From: Yuukianura sp. NJ FZ-2021
Lineage: Eukaryota
Assembly: GCA_046563655.1 (NCBI GenBank)
Contig: CM102283.1
Span: forward strand, 5,766,001-5,830,000
Length of the DNA: 64,000 nucleotides
Reading direction: 5' to 3'
Shown one piece after another: positions 13,961 through 28,000 of this stretch. A model generated the notes under the pieces. The model worked only from the letters and a program-made list of their open reading frames with translations, was not told where the DNA came from and did not search any database. The translations under genes were made by a program, and so were the position numbers. The first letter of the stretch is position 1. Every line of letters starts with the position of its first letter.

Positions 13961-14606
13961 TCAGTGTTGCTCTGGCGTGTTGAGACCGTACTTGGCCTTC
14001 ATCTTTTCCAATTCATCAAGTTTCTTCTCTGCGTCCAGCTTTTTGAACGCTTTTGTAGCCTGGTAGTAAAGGACGACGAGATAGCGGTTGCACACGTTGA
14101 ATCCAGACAAATGGTCGCATGCATTCTTTGCATCAAATATATCTTCGTAAACCACGAACGCTGTACCCTTCGTTTCTGGTGTGTTCCCACTGAAAGCGAG
14201 AGGAAGAAAATACAATTAGCACCATGAAAGTTATAACTTGGATTGGAATAGTTACCAGTACGTATTTAGTTGGATCCTAGAAAGAAACACAGTCTGTTTT
14301 ACTTCTGCGTTTCTAAAGAACAGACTGCGTTTCTAGGATCCAATCCAACCCCGTATTTCTTACACTCGAATTTGACGAATTGCTCCATACTTCCCAAAGA
14401 TATCGTACATTTCTTCCGCGGAAATCTTGTAAGGCAAGTTACGAATGTAGAGTACTCTGTTGACTTCTGGTGGTAATCGAACCTGTAAATTAGAAAAAAA
14501 ACAGACAATACAAAAATAAATACAAATTGCAGGTTTGCTGAGAATTTGCCAAAATAGGAAGCGTTTGTAAACTTACATTTGCTCTACGCTGCATCGCCAA
14601 TGCCAT
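13961..14606 (-). CDS. SF3B6: Splicing factor 3B subunit 6 (p14), RRM; 3 exons
   Basis: [92 protein letters not shown]. Confidence 0.97.
14270..14343. repeat. Intronic inverted repeat/hairpin in SF3B6 intron 2
   Basis: TTGGATCCTAGAAA..CAGTCTGTT pairs with AACAGACTGCGTTTCTAGGATCCAA. Confidence 0.8.
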
Positions 14607-15331
14607 CGTTGGTAGTATTTGCTTTGTCGTAACCCCAACAGTTAATCGGATTAATTTCTACTGGATCCCTTAGTTTTAAATCATCGGACTTTAAAAACAA
14701 ACTTGACAAAATCCAAAAAAGAAAAAACTTTTACTAGTATTGTGGTTTTCGTCACCTGTCGTGTCGATTCGTATTTATGAAACGCACTGACTATTCCACA
14801 GATACAGCGGATACTTAGTGACGAATTTCTCTGCCATAAGGATTAATGACCGCCATTGTGGCCGCACAGTGCAGGATTTCCGGCCATCGTTTGTGGCTAC
14901 AATGGTGGCAACTTCTGTAGCCATTTTAACCTAATCTCGTCTAATCTAAAGTGGCAACATGAGTTGCCGCAGCATAGTTATCCATTGTAGACGCAATGTG
15001 GCTACACCGTGCGTGAAAAATGATTATCGTTAATCCTTACCCCAACCGTGATTTCCTAGCCAATTTTTGCAGTGGTGCACCCTAGTGAGGGGGCAAGTAT
15101 TCTATTCAGAACACTCTGCGAGTTTTCAATTTTTGCCATATGGATTGCTATAGTCTTTCAAGTTCCGAAGTTTGAAGTCTCATCAAATTCCAATCGCGAA
15201 AGCAAACAAAAGCGGAGCAAAGCAAACACGGTCTTTGTCGCTTCGAAGGTGAAGAGTTAACCGGTAAAAGTGATTCTTACTACGATTAATTGTTTGTTTG
15301 AATCTATCGATATTCGGATATCACCTACACC
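14607..15331. promoter_or_regulatory. Probable bidirectional promoter region of SF3B6 and eIF3c
   Basis: Divergent ATGs ~725 bp apart. Repeated GTGGCAAC motifs (~14906, ~14951) and a DRE-like TATCGATA at 15305-15312. Confidence 0.55.
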
Positions 15332-18300
15332 ATGAGCCATTCTCGTTTTTATGCGAGGGGATCTGATTCTGAATCGGAATCTTCATCAGATGAGGAACCC
15401 CAGATCCAGAAGGCGCCGGCTATAACCACAGCATACGATGATGTAAGAAGCTCTGTCTAGCCTTAAGACAATCTAAATGTATTCTAATTATTTGGGTTTG
15501 GCAGTTGAGTGATGAAGAAGAAGAAAGTGGGAAGCGAATTGTCCGGTCTGCTAAGGAGAAGCGATATGAAGAAATCATGGGAATTGTCAAAAAGATACGG
15601 AACTACCGGAAGATCAACGATGTTCCCAATTTACTTGACTGTAAGCTTTCGTTTCTTTAGTGCAGCAGGGTACTTCACACCATCATACCTAAATAATTTT
15701 TTGGACGGTCTATAGGTTTTGAAGATCTGGTAAAAGCTCATCAGAAAGCGCTTCCTGTGATTGCCAAGGAAGAGAAGGGGGTTACGCCAACTTTTATCTT
15801 GCGTACTCTCGCCCAGCTTCAAGTTTACGTAGATCAACAATGGGAGAACAAGAAAAACAATGCGAAGATGCCAAAGGACAAGGCCAAGAGTCTGGGTACT
15901 CTGCGCCAGAAGCTTCGAAAATATAACAAAGACTACGAGGAAGCTCTTGCTAAATTCCGTGAGAATCCGGAACTACTGGAGGAAGATGACTTTGAAGAAG
16001 AGAAAGAGATCGAACCAGACGTATCCAGCGAGAGTGAAGATGAACCTGAAGTGAAATCTAAGACAAAGAAGCCGGCGAAAGTGAAGGTAAGAAGGCTGAG
16101 ATTACTAGACGTTTTCAATAGGAACATAATTTAATAACTTGCCCAGGACGATGGGGATGACGACTCTGACGATTCTTATTGGGCGTCCAGTGGATCCGAA
16201 TCCTCCAGTTCGGAAGATGACGAGACTCAGTATGCCTCTATTCGTGAAAAGTTTTTGAAGAAACCCGGAAAAACTGAAACTAAAAAGGATAAGAAGGAAG
16301 AGAAGAAACCAAGAAAGGTTGTTCAGAAGGCTCCGCGCAAAGATGAAGAGGAAGAAGATGGGCCAGAATGGGAGGTTGTCAACCGCGGAGCGATTGCTGA
16401 ACGTCCTGTGATGTTTCAAAAAGACCAAGAGATCACAACACCGGTTGTCATCAAGAAACTTAATGAAATCACTGCTGTTCGTGGAAAGAAGGTATGGAAA
16501 TACTCTTACAAACAGGAACAGATCATAGACACTTTCCATATCCATCTTTCGTCTTGAATTCTGACTTTGACTTTTGACCTGCAGGGTACTGATCGGCGTG
16601 AGCAGATTGACCTCTTGGTGGAGCTGGAATCCATTGCAACTCAACATAAACTTGGACCAGCACTTCAGCTGAAGATTTCATTTTGTATTGTGGCCGCCCT
16701 GTTTGATTACAGTATGAAAATTCACGAAGTACAGAAGGTCCAGTACTGGTTGCGCCTACTTAACAAAACTACTGAGATGTTAAACTTGGCTAAAGAGCAC
16801 AAGGATTCCATCAAGGTTAGTTCAATTTATTTTAATTTTATAAATGTTTCGGATGTGAAATTTTCACCGTTCCTTTATTTTTCCAGATTGAAGAAAACAT
16901 CCCTGAAGATGGAGAAGAGTTGGAGAAAGCTCCGTTCAAAGTCAGAGGATGCATTTTGACTGTTTTTGAACGCTTGGACGAGGAGTTCCTCAAAGTTCTG
17001 AAGGAATTGGACTCACATTCGTTTGAATACATGGAACGAGTTCAAGATGAACGAAAAATATGCGACATGTTGGAAAGCCTCATTGCCTATCTGGAATCAA
17101 CAGCATCCGTAAACGACCGTGGACTTATGTGCAGGGCTTACTTCAAGAAGATTGAGCACATTTACTACAAGTTTGACGCTCGCGTGCTGAAGAAGAAGCG
17201 CGTAAGTTCAAAGAAATCTAACATGTAAATTTTTTTCATGTGTGCGACAGTTAGTGGTTGGTTAGTGAACTAGAAATTGAAACTGTGCTCAAGGAAATAT
17301 GGTTTCTCTTTCAGAGAGTTAGCATAAGAATTGTGAGCGTAAAGAACGACAAGGTCATTCAGATCCCAGAGTTTCGTTTGAAATACATTTCTCTGCTACT
17401 TCAGAGTGACCACAACGATAACCGATTTATAAAATCTTCAAGATTTGATCAGATCTGTATTTTTTGATTTCGTAGGGTGAATATAAAGGAGAAACAAGCG
17501 TGGACACAATGCATCGCTTGGCAGCATACATCTACGCTAAAGACACCACTGACCGCTTGCGTACCCGTGCCATTCTCTGTCACATCTACCATCATGCGCT
17601 CCACGATAATTGGTTTGAGGCACGAGACTTGCTGCTCATGTCGCACCTTCAGGAAGTAATCCATCACTCAGATCCTCAAACTCAGGTGAGGCAAACGTTA
17701 GGAATACAGTGGGAGACGGAGGGAACTGTGATATTCAATTGGAAATTTTAATGTTTTGGTTTCAGATCATGTACAATCGCGCCATGGTTCAACTGGGAAT
17801 TTGTGCCTTCCGCCATGAGTCTATTCAAGATTCCCATAACTGTCTTGCAGATTTACTCATGAGCGCCAGAGTCAAAGAACTGCTGGCTCAAGGGCTCATG
17901 CCGCAACATCGTCATGATCGAACAGCCGAGCAAGAGAAAGTTGAACGCAGTCGTCAAGTCCCTTTTCATATGCAGTTGAACCTGGATGTTATTGAGTGTG
18001 TCTACTTGGTGTCAGCGATGCTTCTGGAAGTACCCTATATTGCTGAACATGAATTTGATGCCAAGAGACGCCCAATTTCTAAAACATTCTATCATCAATT
18101 GCGTACAATGGAGAAGCAGAGCTTGACTGGTCCTCCGGAATCTATGAGAGAGCATGTTGTAGCAGCCGCACGAGCGATGAAGAAAGGAGATTGGAGGAAA
18201 TGTTTCAACTCACTTGTCAACGAGAAAATGGAAAAGAAAGTCTGGAACTACTTTGGAATTTATGAGCATACTGTAGGCGAGAAACTGTAAGTTCCATTTC

Positions 18301-19104
18301 CTTGTGTTTTTAAATCATGAAAGAAAGCCACTGTTTTGGATTTTGAGAATTGAGCGATGACAAGTTTTATTTTCATTTTTAGAATTGGAGTGAAGCAAAT
18401 GGTTCAACGGAAGATCAAGGAGGAGTGTCTTCGCACTTATTTATTTACCTACTCCCATGTTTACGACTCCATCAGCCTCCCGCGTCTGGGTTCCATGTAT
18501 GAGCTGGACGATGCTCAGGTACACTCTATCGTCGCCAAAATGATCATCAACCAAGAGCTAATGGTAAATTCAAAATGCTATTCGAAACATATCTGTTTTA
18601 CTTTGTGTTTTTATGAGGATTAGAATGAATTGCTTTTGGTATTTTAGGCTTCCATGGACGAACCCACCAAGTCCATTGTTCTCCATCGTACGGAACCAAC
18701 ACGTCTCCAGTCCATGCTGCTCCAACTCTCGGACAAGGTGAGTTTTAAACTTTGTATTTTGATCATAATGGAGTGCAGATTCTAACATAAATAACTGAAC
18801 ATTGTGCTTATCGATGTAATTCTTTTTGATATAGGTGAACATCCTCCGTGAAACCAGTGACCGTAGCTTAGAGACCAAGATCCAGAGTGGCCCGGGAGGA
18901 ATGATGGGACAGGGAGGAAAAGGTGGCCAACGTTTCAACCGCCCTGACTGGAAGAACCGTCAATCTCGCGGAGGAGGTCAAGGCTACAACCGTGGAGAGC
19001 AGCGGTCAGGAGGTTACGAAGGCCGAGGAGGATACAATCAGGATCAACGCAAAGGAGGAACTTACAACCAGGAAATGAGTAGAGGTCAACGCACACGACA
19101 GTAA
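15332..19104 (+). CDS. EIF3C: Eukaryotic translation initiation factor 3 subunit C (multi-exon)
   Basis: [87 protein letters not shown] and [16 protein letters not shown] domain. Confidence 0.97.
17285..17417 (+). ncRNA. Candidate intronic H/ACA box snoRNA in eIF3c intron 17202-17476
   Basis: Hairpin 1 (GTGCTCA...TGAGCGT), then H box AAAGAA at 17341-17346, then hairpin 2 (GGTCATTC...GAGTGACC with upper stem CAGAG/CTCTG), then ACA at 17412-17414. Length ~130 nt, in the host's longest intron. Confidence 0.7.
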
Positions 19105-20756
19105 TTGCAGACTCCTGGTACTTGTGTATTCAGATTCCTCTATTAAATATCACTTTGCAAAGGAACAGAATTACAGTCTATTTAAACATCTTTGTTTCTC
19201 AGTTTAGAATAAAAAGTAACTTTTTTAACTTATGTTAATGGGTTCTTTGCAAAAATAAACAAGTCACCGATTTTGTTTGGGTAATTGTTCTAATACTTCT
19301 TTCTCGAATACTTCCAATATAAATAAATACTGCCGAAACTCAAGGGAGGCTTGAGTCAAGACATGGCCTGTTCTGTTCGACATATCGTTGGCTATCGTCT
19401 TTGATGTATTGACAACTTGCGGCTCTTTCATAAGAACGAATACCGGGAAGCATTCATTTTTTAACAGTTTCTGGTTTGTTTCATTTTTAAGGGGGGAGAA
19501 ATGTTACGACCACGAGAGTTTCGTTTTTTATGTTTCACCAGTTCCGATGAAATTGTGAAAGTAATTGAACAATTTCACGGAACATTTTAACATTTTCCAT
19601 TAAGGTTTTGACACTTTTCCCAAAAAGCGATGACTATTCGTTCCAAGGACCCATGAAATGAGTTAAAAATAGTTTTGACCACACGAAACATAAACAGTGG
19701 GCCTTATTGTTTTCTTGACGAGTTGAAACAGAAACTGTTTTTTTTTTGGATAGATAGGTCTCTGTAGTGCTTAAGTTTGTATTAGTCATCATCAGTTCCA
19801 GTGACGTGACCCTTCTGGATTCTTGGAACTAATAATAATAAATAGTAGCGTGCTGTTCTTCTCTGGGACACAAAGCTTTTGTTCTGTGTCTAAAATGAGA
19901 ACTTTAGTCGTTGGTGTTAACATCATCGGGCAGGGAGAGAGAGGGTTAAAAATTCGGTGTATTCATGAAACTTATCGAAGATGAGGGGTAAACCATGTCA
20001 AGCCTAGGCAATGTGGGATCAGTCTCTTTTGTGAAAGCTTCATGTTGTTACTGTTACTTTTGTGAGGAGGGTGAAGTGTGAAAAAGTGATCTTCTTATCA
20101 TAGAACTTAAGAACCGTTCTTAAGATTTACACTATTGGTCTGATTCTGAATTTAAAAGTTAAAACTTGCTATGGTTATGGCACTTGGACTTGACAAATAA
20201 AAGGGCTCTCGTCAGAACGAAAGTCAGAACGAAACGAGAGCAACACAGGCTAACATTAAGAAAAGAAGTGCTCGAGGGGAAGGTCACTCACATCATCTGA
20301 TTACTTTAAATTATACTTACTCCGTCTCATCCCAATTACCACAGTGACATCGTTTTTACGTTAATTTTCTGCTAATTCGTTTTAATTCACTGAACGTACG
20401 GTTAACTAACTCGTGCTGCTTTGATGGTTGGCTGACCCACTCAGAAGTTTTGAGTCAGAATGTGACACAGGCGGCTAATTGTTGTTGGTGGTAATCCAAT
20501 TGGTGGTGGTTAATTAATTTGAGTTTTGGGTTGCTGCGTTTTAAGAAGATGTGCTGGAATTGGGATCCGAATTAGAATTAAAACTGTACGTCAATTGATT
20601 TTGTGCAACGTCAACGAATTGGGAGTTCGTGTTCGACGGAGAAGCTAAATCAGGAAGCAGTCTCAATTTCTTTTACGCCCTAGACGTACCTAATTATCTC
20701 TACGAGGTTAAGCATTAACAAAGATGATTAAATTAACGTCATCAAGATCACAAAGG

Positions 20757-23700
20757 ATGGCCTCTGGCAGTTCAAAATGGCAGATTTTTGGAACGTACAA
20801 GTTAATTTTTTGCGTACTGCTATTACGCGTATATGTACCTGGCTGCTTGGGGGAGTATATCAACACTAGGGATGGAAGTAAGTTAAAAATTAAAGTTATA
20901 GATTTTAATTAAGTTTAATTTGGCGGAAATTGCCTCTTTTTTATTTACATTTGTCATTTGTGGTTTGTATTTCACCTTGCACCCCATGGTTTTGTTTATA
21001 ACGGCACTGTGTAGGTACTATTTTAAAACATTTACATTGCCAATGCAGGCGCCTAAGATTAGCTTATCTCGTGTGTTTTAACGGGATTTAAAAATGGACC
21101 AATAACAAACATACTGGCTCTGAAATCTCATTGACTTCACACTCCAAGACTGCAACTGAAAAGATAACTTTTGTTGACATGAAGGTCACTATCACATTTT
21201 ATGACATGTGACATAAGTAAAAAATTTCACAGACCGAGAGAGAGAATTTCGATTCGATGAGCCAACATAAAACGTCTTTGTTGATAAGTAGTTTGGCGTC
21301 ATCTTGAACAGTTACGTTATGTTTACGTTAAATAATTTTAATTGATTTCTTTTGCTGTTTTTTTCAGTTGCTGATCATCAATCCAATCATATTGCGGATC
21401 ATCATCAAAGTTCGTCACCGGAAGTGGCCGGCTACTACGACGACGAGTTATATGAGGACGACAAGAATCCTTTGGTTCTCCACTCCAACTGGGGTGAGGG
21501 TGTGAGTCAAAACGAAACGAATGAAATCAGCGAAGTAGTGGAACAAGAGGAATTAGAAAGCGACGCCGTTTATGGACAGCACCTTGGAAGGCCCAGGATT
21601 AACAAATGCTGTGACTTTGGAGAAGGACTTAATGCGCAAGGACTCTGCAAGAAGCTACCCGAAGAAGACCTCAAGCGACACCGCAACGCGTAAGACAGCA
21701 ACAGCTTAAGAAATTGAAATGAGTATTTGATGCTGCGTTCACCTTATAATTTTTTTTGAATTACAGTCACTGGTTCCCTGACAGAGTTCTTGATCCTGTA
21801 ATCAGCAATTGGACGATTCCAGACGATGCAGATTGGGACATAACGGTAGCAAACAACGTTCAATGCCATGCCCACGAAACTGCAGAAGTAATCTACGATA
21901 CCAATTTGTTTGCAATCGTTGCAAATGGAGAATTGTTTCTACCGAATCATAAGAAAGGTGTCGCAGCAGGAGGATTCTGCGTGGATTTAGTAATCGGAAA
22001 AGGAAGAGCCGTTCGGAGTTGTTTTACCAAGGACGAACTGTGTCAAAACTCCGATTGTCTAAGAAAATGTTGTCCAGAGGGAACTATGGTAGACGAATCA
22101 ACTACAAATTGCTTCTTCCACTCCAGTAATCGATTTCCGAAAGATACATACAGTAAGTTAATCAGATGTTTCTAAATATTTCCAAACTAATCGTTGAATC
22201 ATTCTGACTAATTCTGATCTTGTGATGTTTCAGATGTGATCCACGGTACTCCAGCATGTCCACACGGTCAATACAAGACTCCAATCAGTGGATTCTTTAA
22301 TATTGGTCATGATGGTGGCCTACTAACGTCGTCACTCAATGTATCGTTTCTCAACTACTGTCTCGATTTTTTCATGGAACAACCGCCAAGTTCTGGTCCA
22401 ACTAAATCCAAGCGTTCTTACGTTTCCTCCATTGGCAGCATTCCTTCCTCCATAAACGACAACAGATTTGATGTAGAGAAAATTGAAGATACCATTCCAA
22501 GTCAGAAACCTGAATATGACGACGCATCGTCACCCGCATCAGTTCTCAAAGCCATAGTCTGCTTCGACTCTCCAACAGATGCAATTGCTAAAAAGCGAAA
22601 TGGAGCTGGACTGATTTCAGTTCCACGTGAAATGAGTATTACTTATGGTGTCGCCTTTGTTCTTTCGTCCGTCTGCATCGCCTTAGCAGCATTTGTAAGT
22701 CACCATGAAAATAATGTTTCTACATGCCCCACTTAACTTTTTTGTACTTCAGTTTTTTCACTTTGATTTTGCAAATCCTGTGTGGTTAAACAGATTTCAT
22801 GGCGCCTACCGGAACTTCGTTCGCTGCATGGAAAGTGTCAATTGAGTCATTTGGCAACACTCTTTGCTCTGTTTCTGCTCCTTGCTATAATCCACTTGGG
22901 CTCTGACAGTTTGGTTGATTATACAAATTTTTGCACGTTCCTGGCCGTGGGTCTGCATACTGCAACCTTGAGTGCTTTTTTGTGGCTCAACCTACTTTGT
23001 GTGAACATCTACTTGACGTTTCGGTCCCTCCGACCACCATTGGCAGCCAGACGTGATGAAAACAAGCGATTGATTTTCCTCTGTGTGTGAGTGCCTTTTG
23101 AACAAAACTGGAGTGTTGATTTTAAAAATTTTGAATATAAAATTTTTTTAAATTGAATTTTTTTTGGTGAAATTGCAGATATGCTTGGGGAATACCGTTT
23201 TCGTTTTGTCTGTTCCTGTTTCTTTTGGACAGAACGCCCGGAAGACTGGAACCAATGCCAAGACCCGAATATGGCAACTATTCTTGCCTCATTTCTAACC
23301 GGTAGGAGTAGTTTCATAATTTAATAATCTTCTTTCATATTTTAAATATGTTATAATTGAAATATTTTATGGACTTTATTTTAGAACTGCGATGTTCTAC
23401 TATTTGTACGGGCCAGTTGGCTTCCTACTGCTCCTGAACGGCGTCTTGTTCTGCCTAACAGCTCGTGAACTACTGTGCGGCTTATGGCGCCTAGATAACT
23501 CCGATTCTCTTGCTTTTCGACGTAAAAGTATGGGAATCGTCGTGGCCAAACTTGGCATTGTGATGGGCATGGGATGGATCCTGGATGTACTGTCCTGGGC
23601 AGTTGGAAATAAACCGTACATTTTCTACATTGCAGATCTCTTCAACGGTCTCCAGGTAACCGATAAGTCACTTTGTTCAAAATTGGTGTTGCAACTTTTC

Positions 23701-23926
23701 AAGATGTCAATTAATCCAATGTGTTTTGATTTTTCAGGGCGTTTTTATGTTTTTAATTTTGATTTGGAGAAAACGCGTATTGGAGGTGCTGAAACTAAGG
23801 AAACCGTCAGTGATAAAAGATGAAACGCTGACAGCTCGCCCGTTCCTGCTACCCTCAAAATCCCTACTAAACACAACGGGTAACACGGATGCTGAGGCTT
23901 CGCTTGTGTTTAGCCAAGACTCGTAA
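20757..23926 (+). CDS. Methuselah-like G-protein-coupled receptor (multi-exon)
   Basis: Signal peptide and Cys-rich ectodomain (INKCC, LRKCCP, YCLD). 7TM region with LPELRSLHGKC, SAFLWLNLLC, YAWG, PRPEYG..SC, YLYGPVG, GMGWILDVLSW and DLFNGLQGVFMF. Confidence 0.9.
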
Positions 23927-25050
23927 AAGTTACCTACCGAATGACTTAAGGAATCTCTAGAGCAACATTTACTGGATCTGTGTTATTAACGTCAGTTTGA
24001 ATTCTCTGCAGCACCCTCTGCTAAGCACGGAATCTCAGATTGAAGAATCTCTTAAACCACCCTGCAATCTTGCCTTTTTAAACTGTTTTGTTTTGTTTAG
24101 CAACTTAAATATTTTTGTATGGTGTTGACTTTTTGATTTTTACGGAAAAAACCACTTCGGGATCAAAGTATCCAAAAATGGAGATTTTGAAACAATGTTT
24201 TGTTACTCAATTTTAGTGAATGGAAAGTATGGATATGCGGATGTCAAAATATTTGGTTTTCTGGTGTCCAATAATACTTCAACCTCGTTTTTTTTTTTAA
24301 TTTTCTTTACGTCAAACTCTTTGGTATTCAGTTTTCACACGTCTAGTTGATTTTATGAAAACTTTGTAGATATTTTTTCAGAAAAAGTATATCGACGGCC
24401 CTTCGACTCTTTCCGCAGAGCACAGGCCTTAACAAATTGCAAAAGTTCTCATATGACGCCATTCACTTTTCATCTGATATCCAAATTTTCTCATCGGAAT
24501 TTTCCAAATGATGGTGAAAGGTCAATCTATCTTTTGTTCCGCTACTAATTTCTGACTCATTGCAATATTCAAAAACGGTTTTAAAAAAAATTCCCACTTT
24601 TCTTTTGTAAAAATTATTCGTTTGTTTCATTAGGAATAACCAGAGACTATAAGGATCAAGGCGACCTTGGGCTCATGTTATTTAGCTTTTGAGCCCCTCT
24701 GACTAAAATTATAATTTTGCCATACCCCGCCTATTCTTCTAACATTGCTACTTAATTAATTTAAACAATCTTAAATCATCCTAAAAGAACAAGCTAAAAC
24801 TCGTTTTCCATGTGATCAGTCAAACAAATGACGCTTACGCCGTTCCCTGTTCTCCACTCCTGGAATTTTAATTCGTCGAAGTATCGCATATTAGTAAATA
24901 CAAGTGAAGTGAGACTGCAAATTGTACCCAAGTGGAATTGTAACTGCAATTTTCTGGAAATCCAAAGCAGGAAAGTCACTTCAGACTTGGATTGACTCCG
25001 AAGTTGATCAAAAATTTTCACCCACTGCGCCTTTTTGAACTTTTTCAAAC

Positions 25051-28000
25051 ATGGGTTTCGTTGACAAAGCGTTGACCAACGGTTTTCGAAAACTTGGTCA
25101 CAATGTGGCCCTACGTCCGAAAAATTACATCCTGGGTTCGATCATTGTTTCACTAACGTTGGCCACTGGTCTCCTACAGTTGAACTATGGAAACGACGTC
25201 CAGCATCTCTATGCCAACAGCAATGGACACAGTGTCTACGAAAAGGCCCAAATTTTAAAGTATTTCCCGGCAAATTACTCGGGAGCATTTTCTCCCTCTA
25301 GGATAGCTAATCTTGGACGCTTTGTAAGGTAAGGGAAACAATTAACCGATTTTAGTCAATTAAGAAGTATTTTCTCTTCTATTTTTGTTGGTTTCTGTTT
25401 GTGCGTAGTTGAGTGAAATTTAAGTTTAATATATGTATGCCATTCCATGCAATACGGCCAAAAAGAAATTGGCCCAAGAGTAAAAGGGTCAAAAAGCAAA
25501 ACGGTCGAAAAGTGAACCAAACCTAACCTAAGCTATGTATAACGGTTGACATTTTCAAATTTTGATCTTTTAATTTTTTGATCATATTATGTTGACCATT
25601 TCACCTGCTATGTTGTTAGGCTGTACTGCTTGAACGCGTAACGTGGAATATAGCGTTGTTTTTGTTTTCTGGAACAGAAAAGTTTGTTTCAGTGGATCAA
25701 TATTACAATCATTCAATAATCCGTTTAGAAAATTTTGATGTGAAAAATAGGTAGAAAAATGATAAAATGTTTGGGAATATTGTATGAAACTTGTTTTAAA
25801 AAATGTTTCACAAGGAAACACCACGTACCGTATATCGCGTCGTCTTTAAAAAAAATATCGGAAGATTTCCAGACGAGTTCTTGTTGAATGTCGCTGTCAG
25901 TTGCAAAAAAAATGCACGGGCCCGACGCTATCTACTTAGAGAATCAAGTTTTCGATAATAAATTCCTGAACTTTTTATTATACTTTGCATAATTCGAATT
26001 TTACGTACAACGTCATTAAACACTTGCCGAAAGGCGTGCCACATTGGCTGGTTAGCAAGTACGAGCAACAATTTAATATTCAATAAAAATTTAACGAAAC
26101 ATTAATTTACAATCATTGTTTAAAAATATTTATAAACATTTTTAAATTTTAAATATTCATACTGCAACGGCAAATAATTTAGTGAATCGCGTATCACAAT
26201 TTTTTCCCTTCATACATCCCAAATTCAAGAAATCATGATTTTCTAGGTTGGTACTTTTTTCGCTGGCACACAATTACAATTTTTATAACTAATAATTTCC
26301 ATTACTATAATTTCTATAATTACAATTTCTAAAATTACAATCTTTATAGCTGGAATCAAATACAATTCAAATTGACTCTTTCTATGTAGGATAATCATCT
26401 TAGCCAAAGACAAAGGAACGATTCTTCGGAGTAAAATTTGGAACGAAATCGTCGAGGTCGATGACCTTTTACACAAAATCAAAATTAACTACGGCGGATC
26501 TTCCTACAACTACAGTACTCTTTGTGCCACGCTCCAAGACAATTGCTACGAAAATGATTTTCTTGACTTAGCCCAAGTTATGGACCGCATTGAAAATGGC
26601 TCTCTGCGATTGGTCTATCCAATCATGGTCAATCCCGAAACTTACAATACGCATGTCCTGCCTTTCTTTTTCTCTGGACTCAATGTGTCACAAGACAATT
26701 TGACACTTTATAGCGCCGAAGCAGTTATTATGAACTATTTCCTCAAATTTGAAACTGAAGAGGATGATGAGCGGGGCAGACTGTGGGAGAGAGCATTGGT
26801 CGAAGCACTGTTGGAAGTCCGTGACAAGCGGAAGTACATTGATGTGTACCAAACCACGTACTACTCCACCGTGTCTGAACAGGAAGATAATGCTATCAAA
26901 GTAATTCCGTACTTCTCCATTTCCATTTTCTTTATGTGCTGTTTTACGGTACTGACTGCCGTGAGTCGCGACTGGGTCAAAGCCAAACCGTGGGTAGCTA
27001 TGTCCGGCATAGTGATGGCGACATTGGGTACCGTCGCTGCGTTTGGATTCTTGTGCTACATTGGAGTCACTTGTATAGGCATCAACTTGGCAGTTCCATT
27101 CATCATGCTGGGTATGACGCACTACTTCAAACTAGTTCGTAAAAAAAACACACAAACAAATTAAAATTTCAAAAAATACTAACAAGTTTTTGAACAATTG
27201 TAATTTTCAGGAATTGGAATTGACGACACTTTTGTGATGCTGTCAGCTTGGCGTCAGACGTGTTTGATGGATCCAGTACCGAAACGTTTGTCCGATACTT
27301 ACGCAGAAGCAGCAGTTTCCATTACAATTACAAGCTTGACTGATATGCTTTCGTTCTACGTTGGTCTTCTGACGCCAATTCCATGTGTCCAGATTTTCTG
27401 CGCATACGCAGGAACATCCGTCCTTTGTATTTACCTCCTCCAAGTCTTTTGTTTTGGAGCTGTACTGGGCATCAGCGGAGATCAGGAGGCTGGAAATCGT
27501 CATTCCGTTTTTTGGTGGATCCAAGCAGTGCCCAAGTCCACTGCAGGTTAAAGCCAAAAAACCAACATTTGAAAATATAAACAGCTCAAAACATTGTAAA
27601 CATGAAATTTTTTGAATGTTTTAGATGGAAAGTCAGCTTTGTTCAAAATGTTTTTCACTGGAGGAATCAACAAATCAGATCCAACGAACGAATTGGACAA
27701 TGGAGAAAACGCTGTGATGGTTTTCTTCAGAGATCACTTTGCTAAGTTCATTACAAAAGGCTGGGTCAAGGTCATGGTTTTGATCCTGTTCGTGGGGTAT
27801 TTGGGAGTATCAAGCTGGGGAATTTTGCATTTGACAGAGGGACTAAGGGAAGAGCGTCTGTACCATGATGATTCTTATGTCACCAAGTTTGCCTTAGAAG
27901 ATAACAAGTACTTCAAGCGACTACAGTACAGAGTTCAGGTGAGGTCACTAACCCCGGGGTTTTGAAATTTTGAAAATCCTTAATTCTGCATTTTTCCTCC

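Noticed and set aside
20105-20240. Short palindrome CTTAAGAA/TTCTTAAG and direct repeat GTCAGAACGAAA
   Set aside because: Too short to distinguish from chance in AT-rich DNA.
26688-27122. Antisense ORFs shared by both Ptr copies (also 32281-32739)
   Set aside because: Sharing is explained by the recent duplication of the sense exons.
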